IMG/VR virus record: IMGVR_UViG_3300002092_000025
Source: a virus
Strand: one strand, 5' to 3'
DNA: 64,000 bases
Shown: one piece after another, positions 43,620 to 52,510 of the stretch
Layout: each line of letters begins with the position of its first letter
Position numbering within the stretch: the first letter of the stretch is position 1
The notes under the pieces: model-generated
What the model was told of the DNA's origin: nothing
Database searches by the model: none
The model's input: only the letters and a program-made list of their open reading frames with translations
Translations under genes and position numbers: made by a program

Positions 43620-43636
43620 ACTATTATTTATAAGAT

Positions 43637-43669
43637 AAAAAAAGACCAGTTTTTGGGCTGGTCTTTTTT
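43637..43669. terminator. Bidirectional intrinsic terminator after the tail tube gene
   Basis: AAAAAAAGACCAG...CTGGTCTTTTTT. Confidence 0.85.
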
Positions 43670-43692
43670 AAAATCAGTCTAGGATTTTAATA

Positions 43693-44325
43693 TTATATAG
43701 CGCCGCCGCCGCCAGTTGCTAGTGTTCCAAGTGTACGACCAACTGCTGTACCAATACCAACACCTTGTGGTGTTTGGATAGCATTATCAAATCGTATATT
43801 TAATGTTACACTAACAGGAGCATTTTCAGTATAGTTTAAGCTATTATAGTTTGCACCCTGTACAAAGCAGCCGTATAGCTCAAAAGTTTCTAGTACTTGT
43901 GGAGCATTGGCGCCATTGCCGCCGTCTAGAATTTCGATTACAGTTGTAAACTTATAATCGATACCGCTAGCTGCTGAACTTTGTTCGTAGAAGTCAAACT
44001 GCTTCTGTAGTTGTTCACCAACAAGTTTTTGTACATTTCCATTAACATCTTCACGAAGGTTAAGTGTAATAGCTTCCCAGCTATGCTTACCTGCTAGATA
44101 TACTTTGGAATTGTAGATATCTACAGTAATTTCTTCGAAAGTCACGTTAGGGCGTGTAACATCCATAACCTGCTTTGTTAGTTCTGTAGTCGGTGTACTA
44201 ATACCGAAATTTTGCAATGTAACCCTAAAGCGATATTGCAGCTTAGGCATAAGCATCGACTGGGTCGAGCTGCTCTGACTTGATGCCAGGGGTACAGTAA
44301 ATTTTGTTAACGTTGAAATTGCCAT
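43693..44325 (-). CDS. Tail tube protein (gp19-like)
   Basis: YRFRV, AGKHSW, DYK, LYGCF; downstream of the sheath gene. Confidence 0.88.
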   Translation of the reverse strand: MAISTLTKFTVPLASSQSSSTQSMLMPKLQYRFRVTLQNFGISTPTTELTKQVMDVTRPNVTFEEITVDIYNSKVYLAGKHSWEAITLNLREDVNGNVQKLVGEQLQKQFDFYEQSSAASGIDYKFTTVIEILDGGNGANAPQVLETFELYGCFVQGANYNSLNYTENAPVSVTLNIRFDNAIQTPQGVGIGTAVGRTLGTLATGGGGAI

Positions 44326-44383
44326 CCTAGACTCCTAATTTCCTTTTATATTTATGTCTTTTTTAGACCCCTGATTGCTGGGC

Positions 44384-47300
44384 TTATTTAAGCCCAGCAA
44401 TTTCACCTGTATTCTTCAATCTCAATGGAATGTATATAAATTCAACTGCTTTAACTGGTTCAATAGCAATGTCTAGATATAGTTCATTACGATCGATTCT
44501 AGCTGGCGTATTATTTGAATCATCACAAACAACCAAGTAATCATATAGAGCACGTTGACCAACTAGTTCTAGCATGATGCTTTCTGCACCGGCTTTTAGT
44601 TCATCTCTAGTGATCTTATCATTTGGTTCAAAGATATATGGTTTAGCAAGTTTGCTTAACTGACCACGTAAGTAAACAACTAATCTTGCAACATTTACAC
44701 GATCAAGTGCGCTAGCGTTTGCTGCACGTGTCTTTTGTCCAAATATAACTATACCTGAACCAGTAATAAATGTAATCGGATTAATTGCAACACTATACAA
44801 TGTATCACGTTGACCTTCGTTAAGTGATATCGCTTTCCATTCGCCATCTATAGCATTTACATAACCGATCGATGTCGCATTGTTTACATGTCCACGACGT
44901 GTACCAGCCGGAGCAAACCAAGGATAGCTAACATTATCGCTAAGTGCGATAGTGCGTAGTACCATGTGACTCGCAGGAACTACGATGTTATTACCATAGT
45001 TATCAGTAGTATAACCGCTTGGATAATAAACACCTAGATACTCATCATAAGTTACTAATGCTTCTTCGCCATTATCAACAGCAGAAGTATTTGCATGTGA
45101 CCCCCAGTTGTTTAATGTTGTTGCATCATTGGTTAAGCGGAATGGTGTATCACCAATAACAAATGCAGTCTGCTTACGATCAATGTTTAAGTTAATCATA
45201 TTACTGATCAATTCAACATATCCCGGGCAAGCAATTAGATTAAATGTACGGATTTCTTGTTCACGTAGATCTGCATTTGTGTCAACTAGTGCTTTTAGAT
45301 GTTTAACAACAACTTTACGCTGTGCCTTACGTCCAAATAGTCCACGACCATCAGCAGCATTACCACTTTCGTTAACCCAACGATGTGGATAATAATCACC
45401 CATTGTTTGGCCATTACTTGTAGTTACTGTATGATTCGCATCACCGTTATAACGGAAATTATCAGCATTAACATCTACATAGTCACGTACGAAACGCTTA
45501 ACATTATTTCCACTACGACGTGTATTGAATAATAGCATACCACGTGGATATAATGCAGGATCCGGAGCATCAAAATCTAGGAAATTGCTAGATAATAGAT
45601 CCTGAATTGATCCCATTTCATCACTATTAGATCCTTCTGTATTAAATCTTGCGTCAGCAAATAAGATACCATTTTCTGTAGTTTGATCAGTTACATCAAT
45701 CGCTACCCACTTTAAATTAAAGAAATCATATCTGTAAATTGCAGGATAATTTTCAGTATCACCGCTATCGATCCATAAGTCACCATCGCGTAGTTGTCTT
45801 CCGCTCTGTTGTAGTGATGGTTTAGTTGCACTAACGATTGGGCCATATGGATCAGTTCGTTCTTCTTCTGTTGAAACGTAATAAGGACTTGCAGCTTGCG
45901 GAGACCCTGATCCATCATATAGATAACCTACCCATGTTATACCATTGTGGATCATAATATCTGCTTCAGTTAATACTGGATCAAACCATAAAGTACCATC
46001 TTCTGCTATAACATTTGGTGGAGAATCACTAGCTGTATACTTTAATGGTTTCCAATTTGAAGCCATATAATCATGCAGTGTATCACCTGGCATATCATAG
46101 TTATTTACAACATCATCAGTATAAGGATCAAGAGCTGTTCCGGCATGTCCTTTATAGATAGTTCCTATTTGTGCTGGTGTGTTATAGAAGTTTGCAGTAC
46201 CGCCGCCAGTATCGACGTCATACACGTGATATATTCTGCTCATTGGAGATGCAACTTCAATTACTACCTTAGCATGACCGGTACTGGTCGGATCAGGTGA
46301 TACTGTATCGCCAGTAGCTTTCGCAGTAAATATTGTTCCAACTACCGGTGTTACTGATAAAGGTACCCCGATAACGTGCCAATCAGTATTTCCAAGTGTT
46401 GTGATCTGATATTCGGTATCAATTATAAACTCACTATCACCAATCAGATCACCACTTTGAGTATATTGAATACCATCTTTAAAACGAATTTCTCCGCCTA
46501 ACTCATGTTTGATAACGAGTCTATTACGTGTATCGACACTAGCTATTAAGTTTGGAATACTCTTAGAATTAATAGCAGATGCTAATGCAGCAGCATCACC
46601 ATTAGTACCAGTTGCTCTAAAATGTACTAGATAATCAGATGTTAATGACGAACTTCCAGGAATGCTAACCGCTATATTGAATATAACATCCGGTCCAACT
46701 GTTGGTGCAAAAGTAGTTGCTGTTATAACATCACTAGTTATAGTAGTAGGATCTGGTAATTCTCTACGATACAATTTAAATGTTGCAATACGAGGAGTAT
46801 CATCAGTACCAAAATCTTCACCAACGTCAAATTGCACGAATATTGCACCAGCAGCAATGTTCTTTCCACCGCCTGTTCTGTCTAGTTTAAAGATTGCTTC
46901 TTGATTTGAAGCATACACTGGTGCTGCTGTTGGTGCCCAATCTGATATTCTCGAACTCCATTCTTTTACTCTCCAACGAGCACCTAGGTTAACGTCTGTG
47001 GTTTTAATCCATACGCTTCCGCTTGGGCGGCCTGTTGTTGAAGCACCTAATAGGTCTTTTCTCTTAAATCTAGGAACTGATGTATGTGGGCTAATCTGTA
47101 AAGCTGTTCCAAAATATGTTCCAATTTTAATACCTAAAATACTATCAGATTCTGTAGCAGCTACTAATGCGCCTTCACCGGAAGCGATTACTATTTCATT
47201 TGATAATGTACTATCTCTCTGTGGTGAATCAACTGCACCGTCGCTATAGATTTCTAAGTGTCCTTCGATAATGTTAGCGGTTATGCCTCGTAAATCTCCG

Positions 47301-48133
47301 GAGTCGTTTAAAGCATTGATAGCAGTTTTAACAGCTACGAGATCCACTGGCTCTGGATCACCTGCTACCCAGCCTAGTGTAATTTCTGTACCATTTATAA
47401 AGAAAGACATTTTATTGTTAATAGTTGATGGATTAACTTTAGATCCAGCGATTGTTGGCCAGCTCCTGTTCCACTCCGGTGTTCCAACTAATACCCATGT
47501 ATTATCTCTATTCTTATAATAGATCTTGTTTAGTGTAGAAATACAAACAACAGCATAGTCGCCAATCTTACCAATCGAAGATTTAGGAGAACCGGAAACT
47601 GTATCAATTTTATTTGCGTCTGTTATAACAGTAGGAATTACGTTAGTGAACTGTTGTCCGCCTTTAACTGTTACAGCAGACCCATTCCATTCGAAAATAC
47701 CAAAACGTGTATTTTGTACATCTAACCAATAAGTTCCATCAGCTGGGTTTGCATTTGGTGGAGTAGCTACTGGTATCATCTGTTTAGTATCTAAATCAGC
47801 TCTAACAATATACGCCGAATTACTAACACCTAAATAGCTGTAAGCTGCTTGTAACCCATATTCATTAAGTTCGCCCCCGTGTATTGGATTTTGGCTCGAA
47901 TCTTTATAAAATAAAGGAGTACCAAATGTATCGGAAAGCTCTCTTTGGCTAGTAATCAAATAAGGCTTACCAGCATTGGCTTTTAACGTGCCAACTGCTA
48001 TGCCTGTTCCGCTAGCGTTACTTTTATTTTCTTGCGACGTCACTATTATTAGTGGTCGTGTACCTGGTTCTGCTGGGACGTAAAAACTTTCGTCAATTAC
48101 TTGTACTTCTACGCCGGGTGAATTCAATGCCAT
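44384..48133 (-). CDS. Tail sheath protein (gp18-like), enlarged
   Basis: Start MALNSPGVEV (48133); PWFAPAGTRRG, INPI, RVNVARL, FEPND, EFIYI. Confidence 0.95.
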   Translation of the reverse strand: MALNSPGVEVQVIDESFYVPAEPGTRPLIIVTSQENKSNASGTGIAVGTLKANAGKPYLITSQRELSDTFGTPLFYKDSSQNPIHGGELNEYGLQAAYSYLGVSNSAYIVRADLDTKQMIPVATPPNANPADGTYWLDVQNTRFGIFEWNGSAVTVKGGQQFTNVIPTVITDANKIDTVSGSPKSSIGKIGDYAVVCISTLNKIYYKNRDNTWVLVGTPEWNRSWPTIAGSKVNPSTINNKMSFFINGTEITLGWVAGDPEPVDLVAVKTAINALNDSGDLRGITANIIEGHLEIYSDGAVDSPQRDSTLSNEIVIASGEGALVAATESDSILGIKIGTYFGTALQISPHTSVPRFKRKDLLGASTTGRPSGSVWIKTTDVNLGARWRVKEWSSRISDWAPTAAPVYASNQEAIFKLDRTGGGKNIAAGAIFVQFDVGEDFGTDDTPRIATFKLYRRELPDPTTITSDVITATTFAPTVGPDVIFNIAVSIPGSSSLTSDYLVHFRATGTNGDAAALASAINSKSIPNLIASVDTRNRLVIKHELGGEIRFKDGIQYTQSGDLIGDSEFIIDTEYQITTLGNTDWHVIGVPLSVTPVVGTIFTAKATGDTVSPDPTSTGHAKVVIEVASPMSRIYHVYDVDTGGGTANFYNTPAQIGTIYKGHAGTALDPYTDDVVNNYDMPGDTLHDYMASNWKPLKYTASDSPPNVIAEDGTLWFDPVLTEADIMIHNGITWVGYLYDGSGSPQAASPYYVSTEEERTDPYGPIVSATKPSLQQSGRQLRDGDLWIDSGDTENYPAIYRYDFFNLKWVAIDVTDQTTENGILFADARFNTEGSNSDEMGSIQDLLSSNFLDFDAPDPALYPRGMLLFNTRRSGNNVKRFVRDYVDVNADNFRYNGDANHTVTTSNGQTMGDYYPHRWVNESGNAADGRGLFGRKAQRKVVVKHLKALVDTNADLREQEIRTFNLIACPGYVELISNMINLNIDRKQTAFVIGDTPFRLTNDATTLNNWGSHANTSAVDNGEEALVTYDEYLGVYYPSGYTTDNYGNNIVVPASHMVLRTIALSDNVSYPWFAPAGTRRGHVNNATSIGYVNAIDGEWKAISLNEGQRDTLYSVAINPITFITGSGIVIFGQKTRAANASALDRVNVARLVVYLRGQLSKLAKPYIFEPNDKITRDELKAGAESIMLELVGQRALYDYLVVCDDSNNTPARIDRNELYLDIAIEPVKAVEFIYIPLRLKNTGEIAGLK

Positions 48134-48197
48134 CTTCGGATCTCCTGTTATCACAGACTTCAACTAATATTTAGTTAGAAGATAAGAAAAATAGCAT

Positions 48198-48782
48198 TTA
48201 TATCAGGCTTTTAATTTGAGATTCTAGGTCTTCGATCGTGCTATTGTTGTTTATTATATGATTGAATTCAGATAACGCCCATTGCCATTCGCTAGGATGT
48301 ATGTGTTCGGGTATAATACGATGAGATTGGTACTTCTGAAACCATACGGGATCTTTACCACGCTTTACACGCCATACTTCTCCATCCATGCGCTGGATCA
48401 TATCAATCTCGTTAGGAAATCTTGTATCAGGTATTACATAATTTTTACTGTGATCTTCTAGTTTCTTTTCAATACTAGCGATCCATATATCTCGGTGAAA
48501 TCCTTCACGACACACTTCTGTGCCCCACATCTGCAATACCCAACGCGGAGTAAGATCAGCGTAGCCTAATCTATCAGCCCACCACGGATCACGTTGTTCT
48601 CGCCAAGCACGACTTTCGTCTGTGTCGCCTTCTAAAAGTGCTCTATCCCAACTAAAAACAATAGCGACAGCATCTTTTAGACTATCTGCGAAACTGATCT
48701 TAATAAATCCATGTTTTTGCTGTAAAAGATCAGCAACAGTACCTTTACCGCTGCCAATCAATCCACAAACACCTACAATCAC
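48198..48782 (-). CDS. Deoxynucleoside monophosphate kinase (gp1-like)
   Basis: GLIGSGKGT, FADSLK, PR..LQ.WGTE, DTRFPNE; GTG start overlapping the upstream stop. Confidence 0.9.
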   Translation of the reverse strand: MIVGVCGLIGSGKGTVADLLQQKHGFIKISFADSLKDAVAIVFSWDRALLEGDTDESRAWREQRDPWWADRLGYADLTPRWVLQMWGTEVCREGFHRDIWIASIEKKLEDHSKNYVIPDTRFPNEIDMIQRMDGEVWRVKRGKDPVWFQKYQSHRIIPEHIHPSEWQWALSEFNHIINNNSTIEDLESQIKSLI

Positions 48783-49888
48783 TGAGGTAGATCCTTTTCT
48801 TCTATTCCCATTAATAAACAATTATTCTTAAGTCTAGCATCATTTGGGTTTTTTGCTAGTGCTAATAATGCTTGTTCTCTAGCTGTATCTTTAAGACCAC
48901 TATACCACGCCCCTAATGATGCTAGATCGTGTGGTTCTTGCCCCCAGCATTCACTATCGGTAATATAGCTCATACCTTTTCCTGTTATTGATAAGCACTT
49001 GGCAGCAGCCCAATAGCAGGTAGGCCAATCCTGTTTCCGATAAGCAGAACGAGCGAGTTCTAGCCATGGTTCTCTGGTCCAAGGCCATTCTAATACTGCT
49101 TTGTGTGCCCAATGCAGACTTTCGTCTTTTTTATCCATATTCCCGTAACAACGACTCATATAACGAATACTCGCACAACGTTCTTCAGCCCAGGTTGCAC
49201 TAGGTAGTGATAAGTGGCGTTGGAATTCAGAAATAGCTAATTCGTTTTGTCCAACAAACATACACTCACGTGCGTAGTAATGAGCCATACGATCATTATT
49301 TGGATCTTCGTCCACTGCTTGTTTTAGTAGAGGTAGATACTGGCTACGACTTTTACTATTATCAGCACGATGATGTAATTTAATACCCGGAACAGTTACG
49401 CGATTTTCCGGACCTTTTCCTTCCCAGTATAGTGTTTCGTGGCAAGGATGACGCCAACGATATCCTTTACGATTGTGCATTTTATCTGCGAAAAACACTT
49501 TATCAGGTGATCCGTCTGCTTTCCAGTTCCAAGTATAATCATATGCTATTCTTTGGATATTTCCATTATGTTGATCCCATGCTTCTTGCATAGCATCTAA
49601 CCACCCAGGTTGCAAGTATTCATCGATATCGATGCTGAGACAGAAATCAATATCCGGTGGAATCAATGCTAGAGCAGTATTACGTGGAACATCAAAACGC
49701 CATGGTTTTTGCTTAACAGTGTAAACAGTTGCACCTAGTTCTGTTAAACGTTCTACTGTGCCATCGGTACTACCGGTATCACATACTAGGATGAGGTCTG
49801 CATCTTTTGATGCTTCCATAAAATTATCAACTTGAGCGATCTCGTTTAAACTAATCGCATATACGCAGGTCTTTATTTTAGCCATCAA
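48779..49888 (-). CDS. GT2 glycosyltransferase with TPR domain
   Basis: DTGSTDGT, PWRFDVPRN, DIDE, HE; TPR-like C-terminus. Confidence 0.88.
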   Translation of the reverse strand: MMAKIKTCVYAISLNEIAQVDNFMEASKDADLILVCDTGSTDGTVERLTELGATVYTVKQKPWRFDVPRNTALALIPPDIDFCLSIDIDEYLQPGWLDAMQEAWDQHNGNIQRIAYDYTWNWKADGSPDKVFFADKMHNRKGYRWRHPCHETLYWEGKGPENRVTVPGIKLHHRADNSKSRSQYLPLLKQAVDEDPNNDRMAHYYARECMFVGQNELAISEFQRHLSLPSATWAEERCASIRYMSRCYGNMDKKDESLHWAHKAVLEWPWTREPWLELARSAYRKQDWPTCYWAAAKCLSITGKGMSYITDSECWGQEPHDLASLGAWYSGLKDTAREQALLALAKNPNDARLKNNCLLMGIEEKDLPQ

Positions 49889-50612
49889 TTTTTCTCCAAA
49901 TTCTATTATGTGTCACTGCAAATTGTAATTCAAAATCTGTATCATTTTCTAAACAATCTCTTACGGCTTTACTTACATCTTCAAAACCTGCCCAACGATT
50001 TTTTGGTATTTTAAGATATAAATTGCAATCATCAATTACTAAAAATCCACCTGGTTTTACCTGTTTCTTATAATGTTCGATATCGCTACAGACTACAGAA
50101 TAATCATGACATCCATCGATATAAACGATATCATATGGTCCTACACTATCACTCATTTTTATAACAGTTGGGTCGTCACTAAATCCTCTAATAAGTTTAG
50201 TACGATCCCATTCTTTTATCCTAAAATCTTCAAAGATAGTTTTAATAGCAGTGAAGTAATCAATATCAGGATGATTGCTATATTGATCACCGCTATTGTT
50301 TAGCGGTGTTATACCAACTGCTTCGCAATTCTTCATCTGTACTTGTGCAATCAGAGATACTAGACTTAGTGTTTGTCCTTTAAATACCCCAATCTCTAGG
50401 AATTTAAAATTTTTAGGCATCTCATCAACGATTAACTTCCACATCCAGTGGAGTTCTCTATCGCCATATCCCCATTTGTTTTGTTCTACCCAATCTCGAT
50501 GCATACTAAGGTATTTTTGCTCGTTAACGTTTTTTATAAAATCATTATGGAGAATATCATATGCATTTTCATCGTCTGAATAAGACTCTACTGCTTCTTT
50601 AAAATCAACCAT
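49878..50612 (-). CDS. SAM methyltransferase (Methyltransf_24-like)
   Basis: LEIGVFKG, YIDGCHDY, GGFLVIDD. Confidence 0.88.
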   Translation of the reverse strand: MVDFKEAVESYSDDENAYDILHNDFIKNVNEQKYLSMHRDWVEQNKWGYGDRELHWMWKLIVDEMPKNFKFLEIGVFKGQTLSLVSLIAQVQMKNCEAVGITPLNNSGDQYSNHPDIDYFTAIKTIFEDFRIKEWDRTKLIRGFSDDPTVIKMSDSVGPYDIVYIDGCHDYSVVCSDIEHYKKQVKPGGFLVIDDCNLYLKIPKNRWAGFEDVSKAVRDCLENDTDFELQFAVTHNRIWRKIDG

Positions 50613-51687
50613 TGATCTTCTCTTTATAAAATTTTAAATTTGTTTGTAGACGAGGATCGTCGGGATAAAAATCTAATGCTTTTTGTCCATAATCGATTGC
50701 TTGTTTATACAAGCCGATATTATAAGCAGCTAGAGCGGCAATATCATAAGCAGTCATTCCCCAAGCAGCTGGATCATTTGTATATCCATCTCTACGAGCA
50801 TTAATTTCGGTGCATTTTTTCATCGTTATGTAGCAATTTTCCCAATCGCGTCGATCGTGGTAACTCTTTGCCCAATGATAATATGTTTCTCGTTCTGGAC
50901 TATCAGTAACACCTTTAAAAAACCATAGATCTGCCTTTGCCCAATCTTCAGTTCTAGCGTATACACTCGCTATTAGACGTGCGATATAGGATTTAACGAT
51001 TACACCATCTTCGCAGAGATCATAACTCTGTAGACGTTTTTCTAGTTCTTGATCATATCGACCTAGCATTTGATATTCACTTGCTAAAAATGCATAGGTT
51101 TTCCATTCTCGATCGCCTTCTTGTAATTTCAATTCGAGCAGATCTAGATAGCTAGTACGACTACCTTTAACTTCTTGTTGTTCATCTAAATAAAAATTTT
51201 GTAACCATATATCTTTACGTTCTTTGCCTGTTGCCCACATCAGTTTTTCATGTACGGGATATTTCCAAAAACAGTCGTGTCTGGCATGGATCTTATAATG
51301 CCATTGCCATTGCCCGCCGTTAAATCTATAACGATGGTTTGCTACAGTAGTACCTTCTTGCCATTTTTCTTCAATTTCTTGTCGCCACCCCGGTAATAGT
51401 GCTTCGTCGAGATCTTGCCAGATACATATATCTACATCTTGTGGTAATAGATTTAGACTGGAATTACGTGCAACATCAAAACGCCACGGATTTACAGTTA
51501 TATCAAATACCATAACGCCGTGTTTTCGTAATGCTTCTTGGGTACCGTCTGTGCTGCCAGTATCACAGATTAACCGCACGTCTGCTTCACTATTGCTAGC
51601 AGCCCAGCGTTCTACTTGATTTACTTCATTTTTACAGATAGTATAAATCGCAATTTTTAATGGTTTTTTATTATCATTGTCTGTCAT
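50605..51687 (-). CDS. GT2 glycosyltransferase with TPR domain
   Basis: CKNE, DTGSTDGT, PWRFDVARN, DLDE, VHE; TPR-like C-terminus. Confidence 0.88.
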   Translation of the reverse strand: MTDNDNKKPLKIAIYTICKNEVNQVERWAASNSEADVRLICDTGSTDGTQEALRKHGVMVFDITVNPWRFDVARNSSLNLLPQDVDICIWQDLDEALLPGWRQEIEEKWQEGTTVANHRYRFNGGQWQWHYKIHARHDCFWKYPVHEKLMWATGKERKDIWLQNFYLDEQQEVKGSRTSYLDLLELKLQEGDREWKTYAFLASEYQMLGRYDQELEKRLQSYDLCEDGVIVKSYIARLIASVYARTEDWAKADLWFFKGVTDSPERETYYHWAKSYHDRRDWENCYITMKKCTEINARRDGYTNDPAAWGMTAYDIAALAAYNIGLYKQAIDYGQKALDFYPDDPRLQTNLKFYKEKING

Positions 51688-51707
51688 AGATTTTTGCCCT
51701 CATGATT

Positions 51708-51736
51708 ATTATATCATAAGTGAGAGCAAAGGTCAA
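51708..51736 (-). promoter_or_regulatory. Sigma70 promoter of the GT2-MTase-GT2-dNMP kinase operon
   Basis: TTGACC-N17-TATAAT. Confidence 0.7.
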
Positions 51737-52491
51737 CCAATAATGAATGTATATCCCTGACCGCCGGTGACCTGTTGCATTAATTCTGCTTCGAGCTGTG
51801 TGATCATTTCTTTGGCTTCGGATTTCATAGCTGTACCATTAAGGCTAGATCCGCCCTGTGGTCCTGCGATCTGTGCGAATTTTTCACGTGCTTCGCCCAT
51901 CATCATTTTACATGTTGCTAATGTATAATCTTTAATCCACTGATTAGCATAGATATCTTCTAATATAGTAAAATCAGGTCGATAGTTATATGTCCAAACT
52001 AATATTTCTTCAGGCCCACGTGGGCGTTGTAATATGGTTAATTTGCGTGTTGATTGGTTATAGTTATAATTGATAAAACTACCAAACATACGTCCGACCA
52101 TTTCTTGGTATTGTGCAAAGATTTCGTAGGTCGCTAAACCGCCCATATTTGAACTAGAAAGTAGGTATGTATTAGTATAGGCCATATTGAATGGTTCAAA
52201 CAGTGTTCCACCGTCACCCCCGCCTGATCGTGAACCCACGCTACGACGGAAAAGTTGTCTTACATTAACAACTTCTTTTGGCATAGTATACGTATTAACA
52301 TCTGTTTCTAATGTCATAAACATATAGCTTTCTTCGACTGAGCTGTCACCACGTTGTCTATATTTGTTTAGCGCACGATCAAAGCTAACCTGTAGATGTA
52401 TTGGATCTAATTCAACATCAATCATACCACCGCCAAGCATCGCGTTTACATATTCAAATACATTTTGTTTAGCATCGTCGAGTTGGCTCAT
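51733..52491 (-). CDS. Neck protein (gp13-like)
   Basis: LGGGMIDVEL, WIKDY..A..K, KF...GG..LNG. Confidence 0.85.
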   Translation of the reverse strand: MSQLDDAKQNVFEYVNAMLGGGMIDVELDPIHLQVSFDRALNKYRQRGDSSVEESYMFMTLETDVNTYTMPKEVVNVRQLFRRSVGSRSGGGDGGTLFEPFNMAYTNTYLLSSSNMGGLATYEIFAQYQEMVGRMFGSFINYNYNQSTRKLTILQRPRGPEEILVWTYNYRPDFTILEDIYANQWIKDYTLATCKMMMGEAREKFAQIAGPQGGSSLNGTAMKSEAKEMITQLEAELMQQVTGGQGYTFIIG

Positions 52492-52510
52492 TTATTATCT
52501 CCAGTCATAT

